Position numbers and translations under genes: made by a program | Source: an uncultured Candidatus Peribacteria bacterium | Lineage (GTDB): Bacteria > Patescibacteriota > Gracilibacteria > Peribacterales > Peribacteraceae | DNA: 64,000 nt | Assembly: GCA_964513925.1 (NCBI GenBank) | Contig: CAZENR010000009.1 | Span: 476-64,475 of the forward strand | Direction of reading: 5' to 3' | In this document: positions 25,738 to 37,126 of the stretch, piece after piece | Layout of the letters: each line of letters opens with the position of its first letter | Numbering within the stretch: position 1 is the stretch's first letter | Notes under the pieces: generated by a model | The model's database searches: none | The model's input: only the letters and a program-made list of their open reading frames with translations | What the model was told of the DNA's origin: nothing

Positions 25738-27579
25738 TTATCTTTTCAGTACCGCCAAAAAAGCTTCCTGCGACAACGACACCTTACCCATTTGCTTCAT
25801 GCGCTTCTTGCCCTTCTTCTGCTTGTCCAAGAGCTTGTTCTTGCGGGTCACGTCACCGCCGTACAGGTAGCCCGTCACGTCCTTGCGCATAGCGGCAATA
25901 TTTTCTCGCGCGACGACCTTGCCTCCAATGGCAGCCTGAATCGGAATTTGGAACTGCGCCTTGGGAATAACCTCCTTTAGCTGCTTGCAAATCTTCATGC
26001 CAACGTCATGCGCTTCGCTGCGGTGAACGATGGTAGAAAGTGCATCAGAAGGCTCTCCAAGCAACAGAATGTCCATTTTTACCAATTCACCGGAACGGTA
26101 GCCAAGGTGTTCGTAGCTCAGCGAAGCGTATCCAGAACTCGCCGACTTCAGCTTGTCGAAAAAGTCCAATACGATGCTCTGCAGCGGCACTTCGAAATGC
26201 ATGATGACGCGCTGGTCTATATGCTCCATGTTCAGGTAGATACCGCGACGATCCTGTACCAGCTGCATGCAAGCGCCGACATCCTGCTCGCGACAAACGA
26301 TTTCCAGCTTTACCCAAGGTTCACGAATGTCCTCGATATAGGTGGGATCCGGAAAATCGGAGGGATTACTGATGAGCGCCACCTTCCTGTCATCTTCTTT
26401 CAGCAGGCTGGCCCGCACGATCTCGGCCGGATTACGGGCGCGCAAATGGACTTCGTACAACACGCTCGGGGCGGTAATGACCAAATCACAGTCATATTCA
26501 CGCTCCAGGCGCTCCTGAATGATGTCCATGTGCAGCAATCCAAGGAAGCCGCAGCGGAAGCCGTTTCCAAGCGCAGTATTGTGCTCGTAGGAAATCTCCA
26601 GCGCAGCATCGTTAAGCGACAGCTTCTCAAGCGATACGCGTAACTTCGGATACTCGTCTGCCTCGCTGGGGTACAAGCCGGCAAAGACCATCGGTTGGAC
26701 TTTTGTGTAGCCGGGCAACGGAGCTTGCTGCGGATCCGAAGCGATGGTGTCACCCACGCGCGCTTCGGCGACATTTTTCAGACCGGTCACGATGTAGCCA
26801 ATCTCGCCTTCGTGCAGCACGTCGGATGAAATGTACTTTGGAGCGAAGAATCCGACATCCTGCACTTCAAAATCCACCTTTGAACCAAGTAAGCGCACTT
26901 TTCTACCCTTGCGGAACTCGCCATCGATCACGCGCGCATAGGCCACCACCCCCCGATATTCATCCATAACCGCATCGAAGATCAGTGCACGGGCGCTGCC
27001 AGGCGCAGACAGCGACTTCTTTGGAGCTGGAATGCGATCAATAACCGCTTGAAGCACCTCCGGAACGCCGGTGCCGTTCTTGGCGGAAATAGAGAGGATC
27101 TCCGACGGGCTGCAGCCCAGCATCTTTACCACCTCGCCAGACACACGCGGCACATCGGCTGCAGGCAGGTCGATTTTGTTGAGCACGGGGATAATTTTCA
27201 AATCGTGCTCCATGGCCATGTACAACACGGCAAGCGTTTGCGCCTGAATGCCCTGGGACGCATCTACAAGCAGAATCGCCCCTTCGCAGGCAGCCAGCGA
27301 CCGACTGACTTCGTAACGGAAGTCGGTATGCCCTGGCGTATCAATAAGATTCAACTGGACGCCGTTGAACTCCATGCGAACAGGCGTGAGCTTAATGGTA
27401 ATGCCGCGCTCGCGTTCCAGCTCCATGGAATCCAGCAATTGCTCCTTCATTTCACGCTTTTGTAGCGTGCCAGTTATTTCGATCATGCGATCGGACAGCG
27501 TGGATTTGCCGTGATCGATATGCGCGATGATGCAGAAATTACGAATATCCATAGCCGAAAGCTCGCCCATGGTACCCAA
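25738..27579 (-). CDS. lepA: elongation factor 4
   Basis: AHIDHGKST and DTPGH motifs plus the LepA C-terminal domain. The start could be a downstream ATG. Confidence 0.95.
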   Translation of the reverse strand: MGTMGELSAMDIRNFCIIAHIDHGKSTLSDRMIEITGTLQKREMKEQLLDSMELERERGITIKLTPVRMEFNGVQLNLIDTPGHTDFRYEVSRSLAACEGAILLVDASQGIQAQTLAVLYMAMEHDLKIIPVLNKIDLPAADVPRVSGEVVKMLGCSPSEILSISAKNGTGVPEVLQAVIDRIPAPKKSLSAPGSARALIFDAVMDEYRGVVAYARVIDGEFRKGRKVRLLGSKVDFEVQDVGFFAPKYISSDVLHEGEIGYIVTGLKNVAEARVGDTIASDPQQAPLPGYTKVQPMVFAGLYPSEADEYPKLRVSLEKLSLNDAALEISYEHNTALGNGFRCGFLGLLHMDIIQERLEREYDCDLVITAPSVLYEVHLRARNPAEIVRASLLKEDDRKVALISNPSDFPDPTYIEDIREPWVKLEIVCREQDVGACMQLVQDRRGIYLNMEHIDQRVIMHFEVPLQSIVLDFFDKLKSASSGYASLSYEHLGYRSGELVKMDILLLGEPSDALSTIVHRSEAHDVGMKICKQLKEVIPKAQFQIPIQAAIGGKVVARENIAAMRKDVTGYLYGGDVTRKNKLLDKQKKGKKRMKQMGKVSLSQEAFLAVLKR

Positions 27580-27594
27580 AACTTCAGCCTTCTC

Positions 27595-28524
27595 CTATGG
27601 CTTCCGAAAAAACGCCCGCAAGGCATCTTCACCGGCTTTGAGCAGCTGCTGACATGCATTGGCATCAAAATGGTTGGCAGCGTCCAATTTATCGCCTTGT
27701 GCTTGTGGTACGGCATGGAATGGCACTCCGTTTGCCAGAGCGGCAATTGCACCATGGAAACGCTGCGTCACTACAAACGCCGCCCCAGAAACCTCGGAAA
27801 CCAGTGTTTCGAACGAGAAGGCGTTTACAGTCCTGCATCCGTCGCCTGCAGCCTCTTTTGTCCTCGCAGCTGCCAGCACATCCGCCTCTGGTTCCAGTAA
27901 GACTACCGCAATATCTTCCCATCCTTTTGCAACCGTTGCCTGGACTTCATGAAGAAATTCCAGTGTTGTATTCGCTCTAGGAATAATGATCAATTTTTTT
28001 GAACTTTTGTGTGAAGATCCTTTGAAAACAGCTATAGCTGGGTCAAAACTTTGAATTAAAATTTTGTTCTTAAGGCCAGTTTCACCGAGAATCTCTCGTA
28101 CACGCTTGAAAGACTCCGTATCACGCACCGAGATGAATGCTGCACGACAAATTGCAAATGAAGTACAGTATTTGGCTATGCGGGTGCGAAGCGGCCCTAT
28201 TCCCTGAAACGCCAGAACGATGGGGGTTCGCGTGCACCATGCCGTTACGGCATACAGCCACCACAGTAAGGGCGCACGCCAGGATTCCGCATCGGTAAAC
28301 AGGGAGCCACCTCCAAATACCATCGCATCGGCTCGAGCAATGGCCAGAATCGTGCGCCACCACGGGCGAAAAAGTGATCGGATTCCGCAGGGCAGGCGCG
28401 GTAGCGGCCCGTCGGCAGAAACAGCCTGCCACTCTACTTCGGGGAATGCCTGCAAAAAATATGCTTTCAGCGCCTCGTCGCCCAAGTTCTTTACACCGTA
28501 GTTACCAACCAAAACACAACGCAT
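27595..28524 (-). CDS. polysaccharide pyruvyl transferase family protein
   Basis: N-terminal VGNYGVKNLGDEAL motif; 309 aa. Confidence 0.6.
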   Translation of the reverse strand: MRCVLVGNYGVKNLGDEALKAYFLQAFPEVEWQAVSADGPLPRLPCGIRSLFRPWWRTILAIARADAMVFGGGSLFTDAESWRAPLLWWLYAVTAWCTRTPIVLAFQGIGPLRTRIAKYCTSFAICRAAFISVRDTESFKRVREILGETGLKNKILIQSFDPAIAVFKGSSHKSSKKLIIIPRANTTLEFLHEVQATVAKGWEDIAVVLLEPEADVLAAARTKEAAGDGCRTVNAFSFETLVSEVSGAAFVVTQRFHGAIAALANGVPFHAVPQAQGDKLDAANHFDANACQQLLKAGEDALRAFFRKP

Positions 28525-28605
28525 AGTTGCAGCATAGAGCCAACAGCGACTGTCTGCCAGTCACGGCAAAAAAAGGATGCCTACTCGGTAGCACTAACTT
28601 CGTCC

Positions 28606-29049
28606 TTAGGCCTTTGGGGCCTCGGCTGCGGGCGCCTCTGCAGCAGGGGCTTCGGCAACCGGGGCCGGGGCAGCTGCTACAGCAAACTCCTCGGAGCTGG
28701 TAAAGCGCTCGCTGATGCGCGCGCTCTTGCCCTTGCGGTTACGCAAGAAGTTGAGCTTGGCACGGCGTACTTTAGCCACCTTCTTGACCTCGATCTTCTC
28801 GATCAAGGGAGAGTGCAACGGGAAGATTTTCTCAACGCCAACGCCGGAAGCAATGCGACGAACTGTAAAGCTGACATCGGCCGGGGTGTGACCACGGTGC
28901 ATGCCAATGACCAATCCCTCAAAAATCTGAACACGTTCTTTATCGCCTTCCTGCACCTTCTGGTGCACTCGGACGGTAAAACCTGGACGAATATCCGGGC
29001 GAGCTTTCTCGTATTTCTGAGCCTGAGTGTGGAGGGATTTTGACGGCAT
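28606..29049 (-). CDS. rplS: 50S ribosomal protein L19 with Ala/Pro/Glu-rich C-terminal tail
   Basis: bL19 core followed by the tail [22 protein letters not shown]. Confidence 0.9.
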   Translation of the reverse strand: MPSKSLHTQAQKYEKARPDIRPGFTVRVHQKVQEGDKERVQIFEGLVIGMHRGHTPADVSFTVRRIASGVGVEKIFPLHSPLIEKIEVKKVAKVRRAKLNFLRNRKGKSARISERFTSSEEFAVAAAPAPVAEAPAAEAPAAEAPKA

Positions 29050-29119
29050 GCCGACGGAAGTTACGCGAAAATGAAGACGCTGTAAAGGGCTTCTTGTGCC
29101 AGAGCCTGACTCCCCTGCC

Positions 29120-29737
29120 CTAACGACGGGCCTCTTCTATGTCCTTGGCAATGTTATTCGTAGCAACGACGTGGCGTGGATCGTCGACAATTTCCAAGAT
29201 GAAACGATCGCGCAAGCTCAAGCGGTAGAGGAAATCTGCCTTGGGAAACAGCGAGTACTTCACGTTACGCATGCTGGGATCCTGTGAAAGTAGCAACTCT
29301 ACAACCTCCTTCTTCACATCGCCGACAATAAGCAGGTCCACCTTGCTATGCGTGCCGACAAAGCTGCCGGCAAGCAGCAAATACTGCAAGCCTGGGAGGG
29401 CCTTGAGCGTTGTAACGGTAGCACTTTCCCCGCCGCGCACCTCCTTGGAGAACATGCTCTTTAACTCGTGGAAGAACAAAAACTCCGTATCTGCCTTGTA
29501 GTACTTCTTTCGGTTGCGGTGGCGCGCCTTCACCAGCCCGATGCGGCGCAGGTTCTCCAATTCACGTCGAATGGAGTTAATCTGCTCGTTGAGCAAGCGC
29601 GTAAGCTGGCGGATGAAATACTCTTCTTCCGGATGCAATAAAAACACCGACAGCAGCTTTACGCGTGTCTGCGAGCTAAACAGTGCTTTAAGCGCATCAT
29701 GCATAGGAAGTACGGGAGTACCCTGACTCACGTGCAC
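29120..29737 (-). CDS. winged-helix transcriptional regulator-like protein
   Basis: ArsR-like wHTH ([45 protein letters not shown]) plus a C-terminal domain. Confidence 0.6.
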   Translation of the reverse strand: MHVSQGTPVLPMHDALKALFSSQTRVKLLSVFLLHPEEEYFIRQLTRLLNEQINSIRRELENLRRIGLVKARHRNRKKYYKADTEFLFFHELKSMFSKEVRGGESATVTTLKALPGLQYLLLAGSFVGTHSKVDLLIVGDVKKEVVELLLSQDPSMRNVKYSLFPKADFLYRLSLRDRFILEIVDDPRHVVATNNIAKDIEEARR

Positions 29738-29973
29738 AAATCTTACTCAAAATATGTGCCAGAGATCAAGAAAATTGAACAAATTAGTAATACTAAAAAT
29801 TTGTTCATATATTTTGGCTTATTATAAACAAAATTTAAATTATTAAATATAAATATTCTTCACTGTTGTACACATTATTTATTCATAATTTCACGCATTG
29901 ATCACCTTCGGTGCTCAAGCACTTTAGTGGGGCTTTGCATCTTGGGGAAAGCCCTATTTTGTGCTATACTATT
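29738..29973. promoter_or_regulatory. very AT-rich divergent control region with inverted repeat GAACAAAT-N14-ATTTGTTC (29777-29806) and extended -10 TGCTATACT (29962-29970)
   Basis: Read directly from the sequence. Confidence 0.5.
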
Positions 29974-31797
29974 ATGATGCGTTCACACAAATACTTCCTC
30001 TCAGTGTTCTGCCTGCTGCTTCTAGGAGCAATTATCACTCACGGAGGCGATGTACTTGGTGTACAGGCAGCTTACGCCCAAGCAGGTTCCACGGTGCAGG
30101 GACAGCTTGGCGAGCCGGCAGTTGGCCTAATGTCTGCGCTAGGCATTCTCATTAGCTTCTTGGAAGTACTGGCTCTTATTGGCCTATGGATCCTCCAATA
30201 CACGCTGTCCACGGATTTTTTGACGGATCCGAACATGCTGACGAACTTGAACCAAATTTGGATCTTGTCGCGCGACATCGTCAACCTGGCATTCGCGCTC
30301 ATGCTCATTGGCGTTGCCATTTACACCATTATTACCGCAAAAAAAGAGCTGATTACCGGCAAAATGGTGCACTTTGTCACTGCGGTCATCCTGGTGAACT
30401 TCTCCTGGTTTTTCCCGCGGGTGATTATCGATATCTCCAACATCATGACTTCGGCGGTGTTCTCTATTCCGAATATGCTGCCTAGCTTTAGCTGCAGCAT
30501 GCCTGGAGAACGCTCTACAGACCCGCCACGCGCCTGCCGCGTGGTATTGGACGTGCTAATTTTACCGCGATCCGAGCAAACCCAGCGTGGAAACCCCAAC
30601 TTCTACTGTAACCAACCAATTACCGACCCCACACCGGTAGTGCGCTGCGAGTGTCTTGGTGCACTTGCATGCTACAAAGAGGGTGAATTCACTGCTGCGC
30701 AATCGCTGGCACCAGGCCATGCGATGATCAACGGGCTAGCCGTAAGCTTTGCAAGAATTACCGCCATGGCCAAGGTTCCAGGCAGTGCTATCGACCCGGG
30801 ATCCGGTGCTTCGCAAAACGCCATTGTAACCTCGCTACGCGCCATGATCAGCACGATTATGGCTGCCGTCGTGCTCATGGCAGCCGGCCTGCCGCTGGTT
30901 GCCCTGGCAATCGCCATGATCATCCGCATGCTCATTTTGTGGGTGTGTGTGGCATTCATGCCGTTTGCGTTCTTGGGCTACGCATGGAACGGGAAACTCG
31001 GAATTCCTGAACCATGGCCCAGTAAATACGATGTCTGGAACAACTTCGTTACGGCTGCATTCTTGCCGGTTATCGTGGCGGTTCCCTTTGCCATCGGCTT
31101 TGTCATGCTCTCTACCACTGCACAAATTCAAGAACCTACCACCGGACTGGTATTCGGCACGCCGATACTGGAAGGAATTACCACCTGGTGGCGTTTGATG
31201 TGGCAAGGAGCCGCTATAGGCATTATCTACACCGGCGCATTCAGTGCTATGGAGAAAAACGAGTTGATAAACTCGGTGACCGGCAAAGTGAAGGGCTTTG
31301 GAGACAATATCCTTGGCGCCGCTGCTTCGGCACCGCAACTCATCCCCATCCCGTTGCCTGGCAGCGCTGGCGGCAACACCACCGTGGGCCAGCTCATGAA
31401 CCGTCCAAGCCAGATCAAACAGGCAATCCAGCAGGCAGGCCGCGAAGGCAAGTCGTTCAAAGAGGTCTTCGAAAGCATCAAGAAAGGCACCACGCAGCAG
31501 CAGGTTCTCAACACGCAGCAAGCCAGCAAGACATTGCAAGACAACGCCACGGCTTCCAACAACATCGCCAAGACGTTGGGGGAACTCAACGGTCTCAGCG
31601 GCTCTGCTCGCGATGCCAAGCTGCAGGAATTGATCAAGCACATGAACGATGCCAACGTGCCAAATGCACAGCGCCTCACATCAAACAACGTGCTTCCGGA
31701 ACTGCGCCGCATTGCTCAGCATCAGGGCAACTCCGGCACCATTGGCGGACAGCTCTCGAACATCGAAAATGCCATCAAAGCCAGCGGCACGCGCTAA
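29974..31797 (+). CDS. large polytopic membrane protein with signal peptide and Q/N/A-rich C-terminus
   Basis: Signal-like MMRSHKYFLSVFCLLLLGAIITHG followed by more than 6 TM segments. The start is probably ATG 29974 or 29977. Confidence 0.55.
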   Translation: MMRSHKYFLSVFCLLLLGAIITHGGDVLGVQAAYAQAGSTVQGQLGEPAVGLMSALGILISFLEVLALIGLWILQYTLSTDFLTDPNMLTNLNQIWILSRDIVNLAFALMLIGVAIYTIITAKKELITGKMVHFVTAVILVNFSWFFPRVIIDISNIMTSAVFSIPNMLPSFSCSMPGERSTDPPRACRVVLDVLILPRSEQTQRGNPNFYCNQPITDPTPVVRCECLGALACYKEGEFTAAQSLAPGHAMINGLAVSFARITAMAKVPGSAIDPGSGASQNAIVTSLRAMISTIMAAVVLMAAGLPLVALAIAMIIRMLILWVCVAFMPFAFLGYAWNGKLGIPEPWPSKYDVWNNFVTAAFLPVIVAVPFAIGFVMLSTTAQIQEPTTGLVFGTPILEGITTWWRLMWQGAAIGIIYTGAFSAMEKNELINSVTGKVKGFGDNILGAAASAPQLIPIPLPGSAGGNTTVGQLMNRPSQIKQAIQQAGREGKSFKEVFESIKKGTTQQQVLNTQQASKTLQDNATASNNIAKTLGELNGLSGSARDAKLQELIKHMNDANVPNAQRLTSNNVLPELRRIAQHQGNSGTIGGQLSNIENAIKASGTR

Positions 31798-31821
31798 CAC
31801 CACACTCTGCACAACCAGTAC

Positions 31822-33102
31822 ATGAACCGTCCCCAGCAACGCCAAGAACTGGCAAGTATGACACCCGAACGGCTCGATCAAGAGCGCGACAGGTGGCAGT
31901 TGCTCAAACAATCGGTGGAAGCCTTGCGCAACCACCCACTCATGCCGGAACTGGAACGCATTGGCGCGCAAGCCGGTTCGTTGTGGCAGCGCAACGCCAT
32001 GCTGATCAACATGCCAGAGTCCGGTGAACAGATTGTGGAGAACTGGCGCCGCATGAACGAACTCTACAACAGGGCCAGCGAGCTGAAGGCACGCATGCTC
32101 GGCACGCGTATGGAAGCGGTATTCGGCGCCGATGGCGCGCAGGGCGGCCAGGGCAATGTACGCGACAGCGCCATGGATCGGCTCAACACGCTGTTTTCAG
32201 TCGATGGAGGCACCGCCAACGGCTCTATGAACGCGGTCAACCGTACGCTGTCTACATACCTTCGCGGCCTGACGGCGGACCCGAATGAAGTGCTTGCCGG
32301 CAACAGTCGGGACGGGCATTTCTACGGCCGGCGCCGCGACGGGCAGTTGGGGGTAAACTGGCGCAACGTGGACCTTGCCAGGCAAAACATCGACATGATC
32401 GCAAGAAGTCCCATGGCGCAAATGAACCCCGATCAGCAGCGCCTGCTGCAGCAAATGCGCGATGGCATTCAGCAAGTAGAAAGCATCGATCCCATTGGCG
32501 CAGCCATGGCCAACTGGCGCCGCAGCGTCCCGCGCCGAGAAACGGACTACCGGCCCATCCGGTTCCTTACCGGCATTGGTGCATCGCTCATTACCGGATA
32601 CGGCTTGTACATGGGCAACAAGCACGGTTTTACCTGGCCTACAGCATTGTGGGCAGGCATCGCTGCGATTTCGGTAAATCCCGACTTGCTGCGCAACAGC
32701 ACGTACCATTCGTTGCAGCGCATGTCATATTTGGGCGAACCCTCCACGCTCAACATGTTGCAGCGGGGCGGTGTCTCCGGAGACCGGGGTGCTGCGATCA
32801 TGGAGGAGTTGCAAGAACTGCAGCGCACGAATCCCGCTGGGCTGAATGCACTGATTCGCCGAAACCAACCCGTGACCATGGCGCAGATCGGCGCGCTGAC
32901 CGAAGGCCGCAATACGCCGTTGGTACAAGCGCTTTCGCGCATGGAAAACGACATGCAGCGTAATGCGTTCCTGCACACGTTTGTGCAATCCCGCAGCCGC
33001 GACGACCAGCAAATTCTGCGCGAATTCGTCCGCAGCCGCGACCGCATAGATCCGCGCTTGGACCAGAACCGATTCCTCTTCGGAAACAACGCCAACGCTT
33101 AA
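31822..33102 (+). CDS. hypothetical protein (426 aa), same operon
   Basis: Starts 24 nt after the upstream stop. One internal hydrophobic hairpin. Confidence 0.5.
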   Translation: MNRPQQRQELASMTPERLDQERDRWQLLKQSVEALRNHPLMPELERIGAQAGSLWQRNAMLINMPESGEQIVENWRRMNELYNRASELKARMLGTRMEAVFGADGAQGGQGNVRDSAMDRLNTLFSVDGGTANGSMNAVNRTLSTYLRGLTADPNEVLAGNSRDGHFYGRRRDGQLGVNWRNVDLARQNIDMIARSPMAQMNPDQQRLLQQMRDGIQQVESIDPIGAAMANWRRSVPRRETDYRPIRFLTGIGASLITGYGLYMGNKHGFTWPTALWAGIAAISVNPDLLRNSTYHSLQRMSYLGEPSTLNMLQRGGVSGDRGAAIMEELQELQRTNPAGLNALIRRNQPVTMAQIGALTEGRNTPLVQALSRMENDMQRNAFLHTFVQSRSRDDQQILREFVRSRDRIDPRLDQNRFLFGNNANA

Positions 33103-33127
33103 GGAATCAATTGGAGTCCGGGAATCT
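33101..33127. repeat. GGAWTCC array (3 units)
   Basis: AAGGAATCAATTGGAGTCCGGGAATCT between convergent stops. Confidence 0.7.
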
Positions 33128-33140
33128 GAGATTTACCTCC

Positions 33141-35414
33141 CTACTCGGCTTTCACGAACTCTTTGGTGTACGCCTCCAGCGTGTCACCCATTTCTACGGG
33201 TACGGATGTGGAAACGCGCATACCGCACTCCATACCTTCTTTGGCCTCTTTAATGTCTTTGTCGACGTTCTTCAGCGACGTAATGCGACCGGTGCCAACT
33301 ACCTGGCCCGCTCGCACCAGGCGGAACGGAGTGCGCTTGAGGTAACCGTCGGTCACCTTGCCACCAATAATCTGCTCGCCCTTCTTGCTTAAGAACACGC
33401 CGCGAACTTCCAGGTGTCCGGTTACCTTTTCTTCTTCTACCGGCTGAATAAGACCCTTGAGCAGCAACTCCATTTCCTCAAACAGCTTGTAGATGATGTC
33501 GTAGTTCTGAATCTTGACCCCCTCGCGTTCGGCGGTCTTGGCTACAGACTGCGGCACGTCGACATGGAAGCCAACCACGATACCGTTGCTCGCCGCGGCC
33601 ATCATGACGTCGTTCTCTGTTACAGCGCCAATGGCTCCGTGAATCACCTTGGGCTGCACCTTGTCGGTCACCAGCTTCTTCAAGCTCTCTTGAATGGACT
33701 CGAGCGATCCTTGGGCATCGGCCTTCAGAACGATTTTCAGCTGCTCCAGCTTGCCTTCGGTCAGACGGCTGACCAAGTCGGCAAAGCCGCGCTTCTGCTC
33801 GTTCTGCTTGGATTGCGCGTATGCATCCATGAACGCCTGCAATTCACGATCGGAGGAGAACACCTGCAAAATGTCACCAACGCGCGGCAGAGCGTCCAAG
33901 CCGGACACGACTGCAGGGCCGGATGGCAGCACCAGCTTCATGCGCTTGCCGTCGGGTCCAAGCAGTGCCTTCACCTTTCCAGACGCGGAACCGGAAGCGA
34001 TAAGATCCCCTACCTTCAGGAGGCCTGCATTCACGATGACGGTGGCAAGCGGCCCGTGTGATTTGTCCAAGTGGCTCTCGATGACAGTGGCAATGGCAGG
34101 ACGGTCTGGATCGGCCTTCAGCTCTTCCATTTCGGCAAGCAGCAAGACGCTGTCTAACAGATCGTTGATGCCCTGCTTGGTCACAGCGGAACACGGCACC
34201 ATGGGCACCTTGCCTCCCCATTCTTCAGCCTGCAGGCCATGACCGGCCAACTCCCCTTTCACGCGATCTGGGTCTGCATTGGGCTTATCAATCTTGTTAA
34301 TGGCAACCAGAATCGGCACTTCTGCATCTTTCACGTGGTCGATTGCCTCGATAGTCGTCGGCTTTACTCCTTCCTCTGCAGAAACAACCAGGATCGCAAC
34401 GTCTGTCACCTGTGCGCCACGGGCGCGCATGGCGGTGAACGCCTCGTGACCGGGAGTGTCCAGGAACGTTATAAGTTTGCCGTCGTGCATTACCTGGTAC
34501 GCACCGATGTGTTGGGTAATGCCTCCGGCCTCGCCGGCAACCACGTTCGTAGAGCGAATGGCATCGAGAATAGATGTCTTGCCGTGGTCGACGTGACCCA
34601 TGACGGTGACAATGGGCGCACGCGGCTTGAGCTTGGCAGGGTCTTCGTTCTTCAGAAGCTCGGACAAGTCGTTATGGATAAGCGCCTCCACCGATACGCC
34701 TCCAGCCTCGCGTTGCACCTCCACTCCAAGCTCCAAAGCAACAATGGCAGCCGTGTCGAAGTCGATTTGCTGGTTGATGTTGGCAAGAATGCCGTTCTTC
34801 ATGAGCGCCTGGATGACCTTGGGCACCTGCACGCCGGTCTTCTCGGCGAACTCCTTCACTGAAATTTGCGGCGGAATCAAGACCGGGCCTTCTTTCCTTT
34901 TAATCTGCGTTTGATGCTCGGTACCTATGCGCTTCTTGGGCTGCTGTTGCAGCTTCTGCATCGCCTTAATTTCCGCACGGCGCGCATCGATATCCTTCTT
35001 ACTCATCTGCCGCTGACGGGCAATAACCTGCTGCTGGCGGACAATGGCTTCGCGCGGCACATCGTCGAGTGTCAGCTTGCGCAGCACGTTCAAGTTGGCA
35101 TCGGCGGCTTTCTTGGTTTCGACTTCCGGCGTTGCTGACGCGGGCTTCTCGACAGATTCCTCCTTGGTCTCGGATACCTCATCCTCTTCCTCTCCCCCAC
35201 CCTGCTGTACGGTAGCCCAATCGATGGCGATGCCCTTCTTGTTGGCAATGAAGCGGATGATGCCCATCGCCAAACTCTGCGACACCTCGCGATCGGTAGG
35301 CTTGACTCCGAAATCGACCGTCGTCAATTCCTTGCGAAGTTCCTGACCGGTCATGCCGAGAATTTTTGCAACCTGAATGAGCCGCATGTTCTTGTGCGAG
35401 TCGGATCGTAACAC
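33141..35414 (-). CDS. infB: translation initiation factor IF-2
   Basis: [13 protein letters not shown] and NKID motifs. GTG start at 35414 or ATG nine codons downstream. Confidence 0.95.
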   Translation of the reverse strand: MLRSDSHKNMRLIQVAKILGMTGQELRKELTTVDFGVKPTDREVSQSLAMGIIRFIANKKGIAIDWATVQQGGGEEEDEVSETKEESVEKPASATPEVETKKAADANLNVLRKLTLDDVPREAIVRQQQVIARQRQMSKKDIDARRAEIKAMQKLQQQPKKRIGTEHQTQIKRKEGPVLIPPQISVKEFAEKTGVQVPKVIQALMKNGILANINQQIDFDTAAIVALELGVEVQREAGGVSVEALIHNDLSELLKNEDPAKLKPRAPIVTVMGHVDHGKTSILDAIRSTNVVAGEAGGITQHIGAYQVMHDGKLITFLDTPGHEAFTAMRARGAQVTDVAILVVSAEEGVKPTTIEAIDHVKDAEVPILVAINKIDKPNADPDRVKGELAGHGLQAEEWGGKVPMVPCSAVTKQGINDLLDSVLLLAEMEELKADPDRPAIATVIESHLDKSHGPLATVIVNAGLLKVGDLIASGSASGKVKALLGPDGKRMKLVLPSGPAVVSGLDALPRVGDILQVFSSDRELQAFMDAYAQSKQNEQKRGFADLVSRLTEGKLEQLKIVLKADAQGSLESIQESLKKLVTDKVQPKVIHGAIGAVTENDVMMAAASNGIVVGFHVDVPQSVAKTAEREGVKIQNYDIIYKLFEEMELLLKGLIQPVEEEKVTGHLEVRGVFLSKKGEQIIGGKVTDGYLKRTPFRLVRAGQVVGTGRITSLKNVDKDIKEAKEGMECGMRVSTSVPVEMGDTLEAYTKEFVKAE

Positions 35415-35446
35415 AAGGAGCCGTGTTTTACCAAGCAGAAGCGCCG

Positions 35447-36778
35447 TTATGCGCCGCCCAAACGTTGCACCACGTCCACGCTCGATGACGAACTCTCGCT
35501 GCCTTGCTTCCCGGTGCTCGACGATGTGTCACCTGCAATGTTGCCGCGATTTGCCGCAGCCGCCTCTCGCTGCTTGGGCGTTGGTGCACTGGTAATCGGC
35601 AGAGGCTCATTTGCCTCATCGCGCTGACGCCGTATTTCCTCTTTCAGTTTTTGCACGCACTCCAAGACCCCCAGCTGGAAGTTGGCATAATTCTTCACCT
35701 TGAAGCCGGACGCTCTTGCATGGCCTCCTCCGCCAAACAGACGTCCCGCAGCCATATTGACGTCCACGATGGGCGATGAGCGCAAACTGGCTTTGAGTAC
35801 GCCGTCTTCCGTCTCGGTAAAGAGTACGTGCACATCGGCATCCGGAATAGTGGAGATGAGCTCATCGAGAATACCGGCAGTCTCTTTGCTGCTGGCACCC
35901 ATTTCCTGCAAATCCTGTTTGCTGATGGCGGACCACACGATGCGTGCCGATGGATCGATTTGAATGCCGTTGAGCGCACGTCCCCAAATTTTCAGCGTGG
36001 ACAGCGGCTTGGTCTTGTAAATATGCTTAATGATTTCCTGCTGCCGCGCACCGTAATCGAGCAAGTTGGCCGCAACTTCCAGCGACTTGGGAGTGGTGTT
36101 GGGATTCTGGAAACTGCGAGTATCCGTGATAAGGCCTGTAAGAAGTAGCGTGGCCACATCGGGCGTGATGTGCTGCTTCCATTTCTCATCCGATGTAAAC
36201 CAGCCATACAACACCTCGGTCGCACTGGCAGCCGTTGCATCGATAAGGTGCAGCTGCCCGAACTGGGTATTACTTACGTGGTGATCGATATTCAGAATTG
36301 GCACTTCCGTAAATAAGTCGACATTGTCGGAGTACACCGACCCAAGCAGGCTGAGCTCGGCACTGTCCACCACGACCAGCAGATCGTAGTTCAGGCCGCC
36401 CTCCAGAATGCTGACTTGCTGCTTTTTTAACTTCCCCTTCTTGGGCACCACGATGATATTCACCTTGTTGTCCTCTACCGTGTAACGCAGCTTGTCGACC
36501 TCCACCCCGTCGCTGCAGTCGAGTGTGATGACAAACTCCTGCTCGGCACCCACGGATGTAGAGAGGTGCTCGAATCCCGGCAGGAACTTCAGCGCCTCCG
36601 GCGGAGTATCCGGACAGATGACTGTGCAGTCTTTGCCGAGTGCTTTGAATACGGAATAGCAAGCCAAAGCGCTGCTCAAACCGTCTGGATCGACGTTGGC
36701 ATGCGGAACAATGAGTAGCCGGTGATGGCTCTCTATTGCTTTGCGTGCGTCGGCGATGGCGGCGGGATTGAGTGGCAT
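35447..36778 (-). CDS. nrnA: DHH/DHHA1 phosphoesterase (NrnA-like)
   Basis: NIDHH and GGGGHARASG motifs with a Ser-rich C-terminal tail. Confidence 0.65.
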   Translation of the reverse strand: MPLNPAAIADARKAIESHHRLLIVPHANVDPDGLSSALACYSVFKALGKDCTVICPDTPPEALKFLPGFEHLSTSVGAEQEFVITLDCSDGVEVDKLRYTVEDNKVNIIVVPKKGKLKKQQVSILEGGLNYDLLVVVDSAELSLLGSVYSDNVDLFTEVPILNIDHHVSNTQFGQLHLIDATAASATEVLYGWFTSDEKWKQHITPDVATLLLTGLITDTRSFQNPNTTPKSLEVAANLLDYGARQQEIIKHIYKTKPLSTLKIWGRALNGIQIDPSARIVWSAISKQDLQEMGASSKETAGILDELISTIPDADVHVLFTETEDGVLKASLRSSPIVDVNMAAGRLFGGGGHARASGFKVKNYANFQLGVLECVQKLKEEIRRQRDEANEPLPITSAPTPKQREAAAANRGNIAGDTSSSTGKQGSESSSSSVDVVQRLGGA

Positions 36779-36983
36779 TTGACTTACGTTTCGTATTATT
36801 ATCTCATAACATTATTAGAAAATCAAGTCTTATTATTGTCAAGAATAGAGCAAAAAGGACGAAGTATAGGCATGGCAGTAGTAAAACGCCAGAGATCTTC
36901 ATTTGGAAAGGGCGGTAACATCCGTTGCGCACTGCACAGCGATCGAGCCGCCAACTCGTACCTCCGGCAGGATGTTGAGAAAA

Positions 36984-37047
36984 GCCGACTGGCGCTTCTT
37001 GTAAGAATCGATCAGAATCCACATCGTCGGGGTGTAGCTTAGTTGGC
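36984..37047 (+). repeat. duplicate of the tRNA-Pro upstream region plus first 20 nt of the tRNA
   Basis: 62 of 64 nt identical to 37083-37146 (offset 99 nt). The tRNA-like part is 37028-37047. Confidence 0.85.
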
Positions 37048-37126
37048 CCAAGTCCTGCCCCAGCGGGACGCTAATAAAAAAGGCCGACTGGCGCTTCTCG
37101 AAAGAATCGATCAGAATCCACATCGT

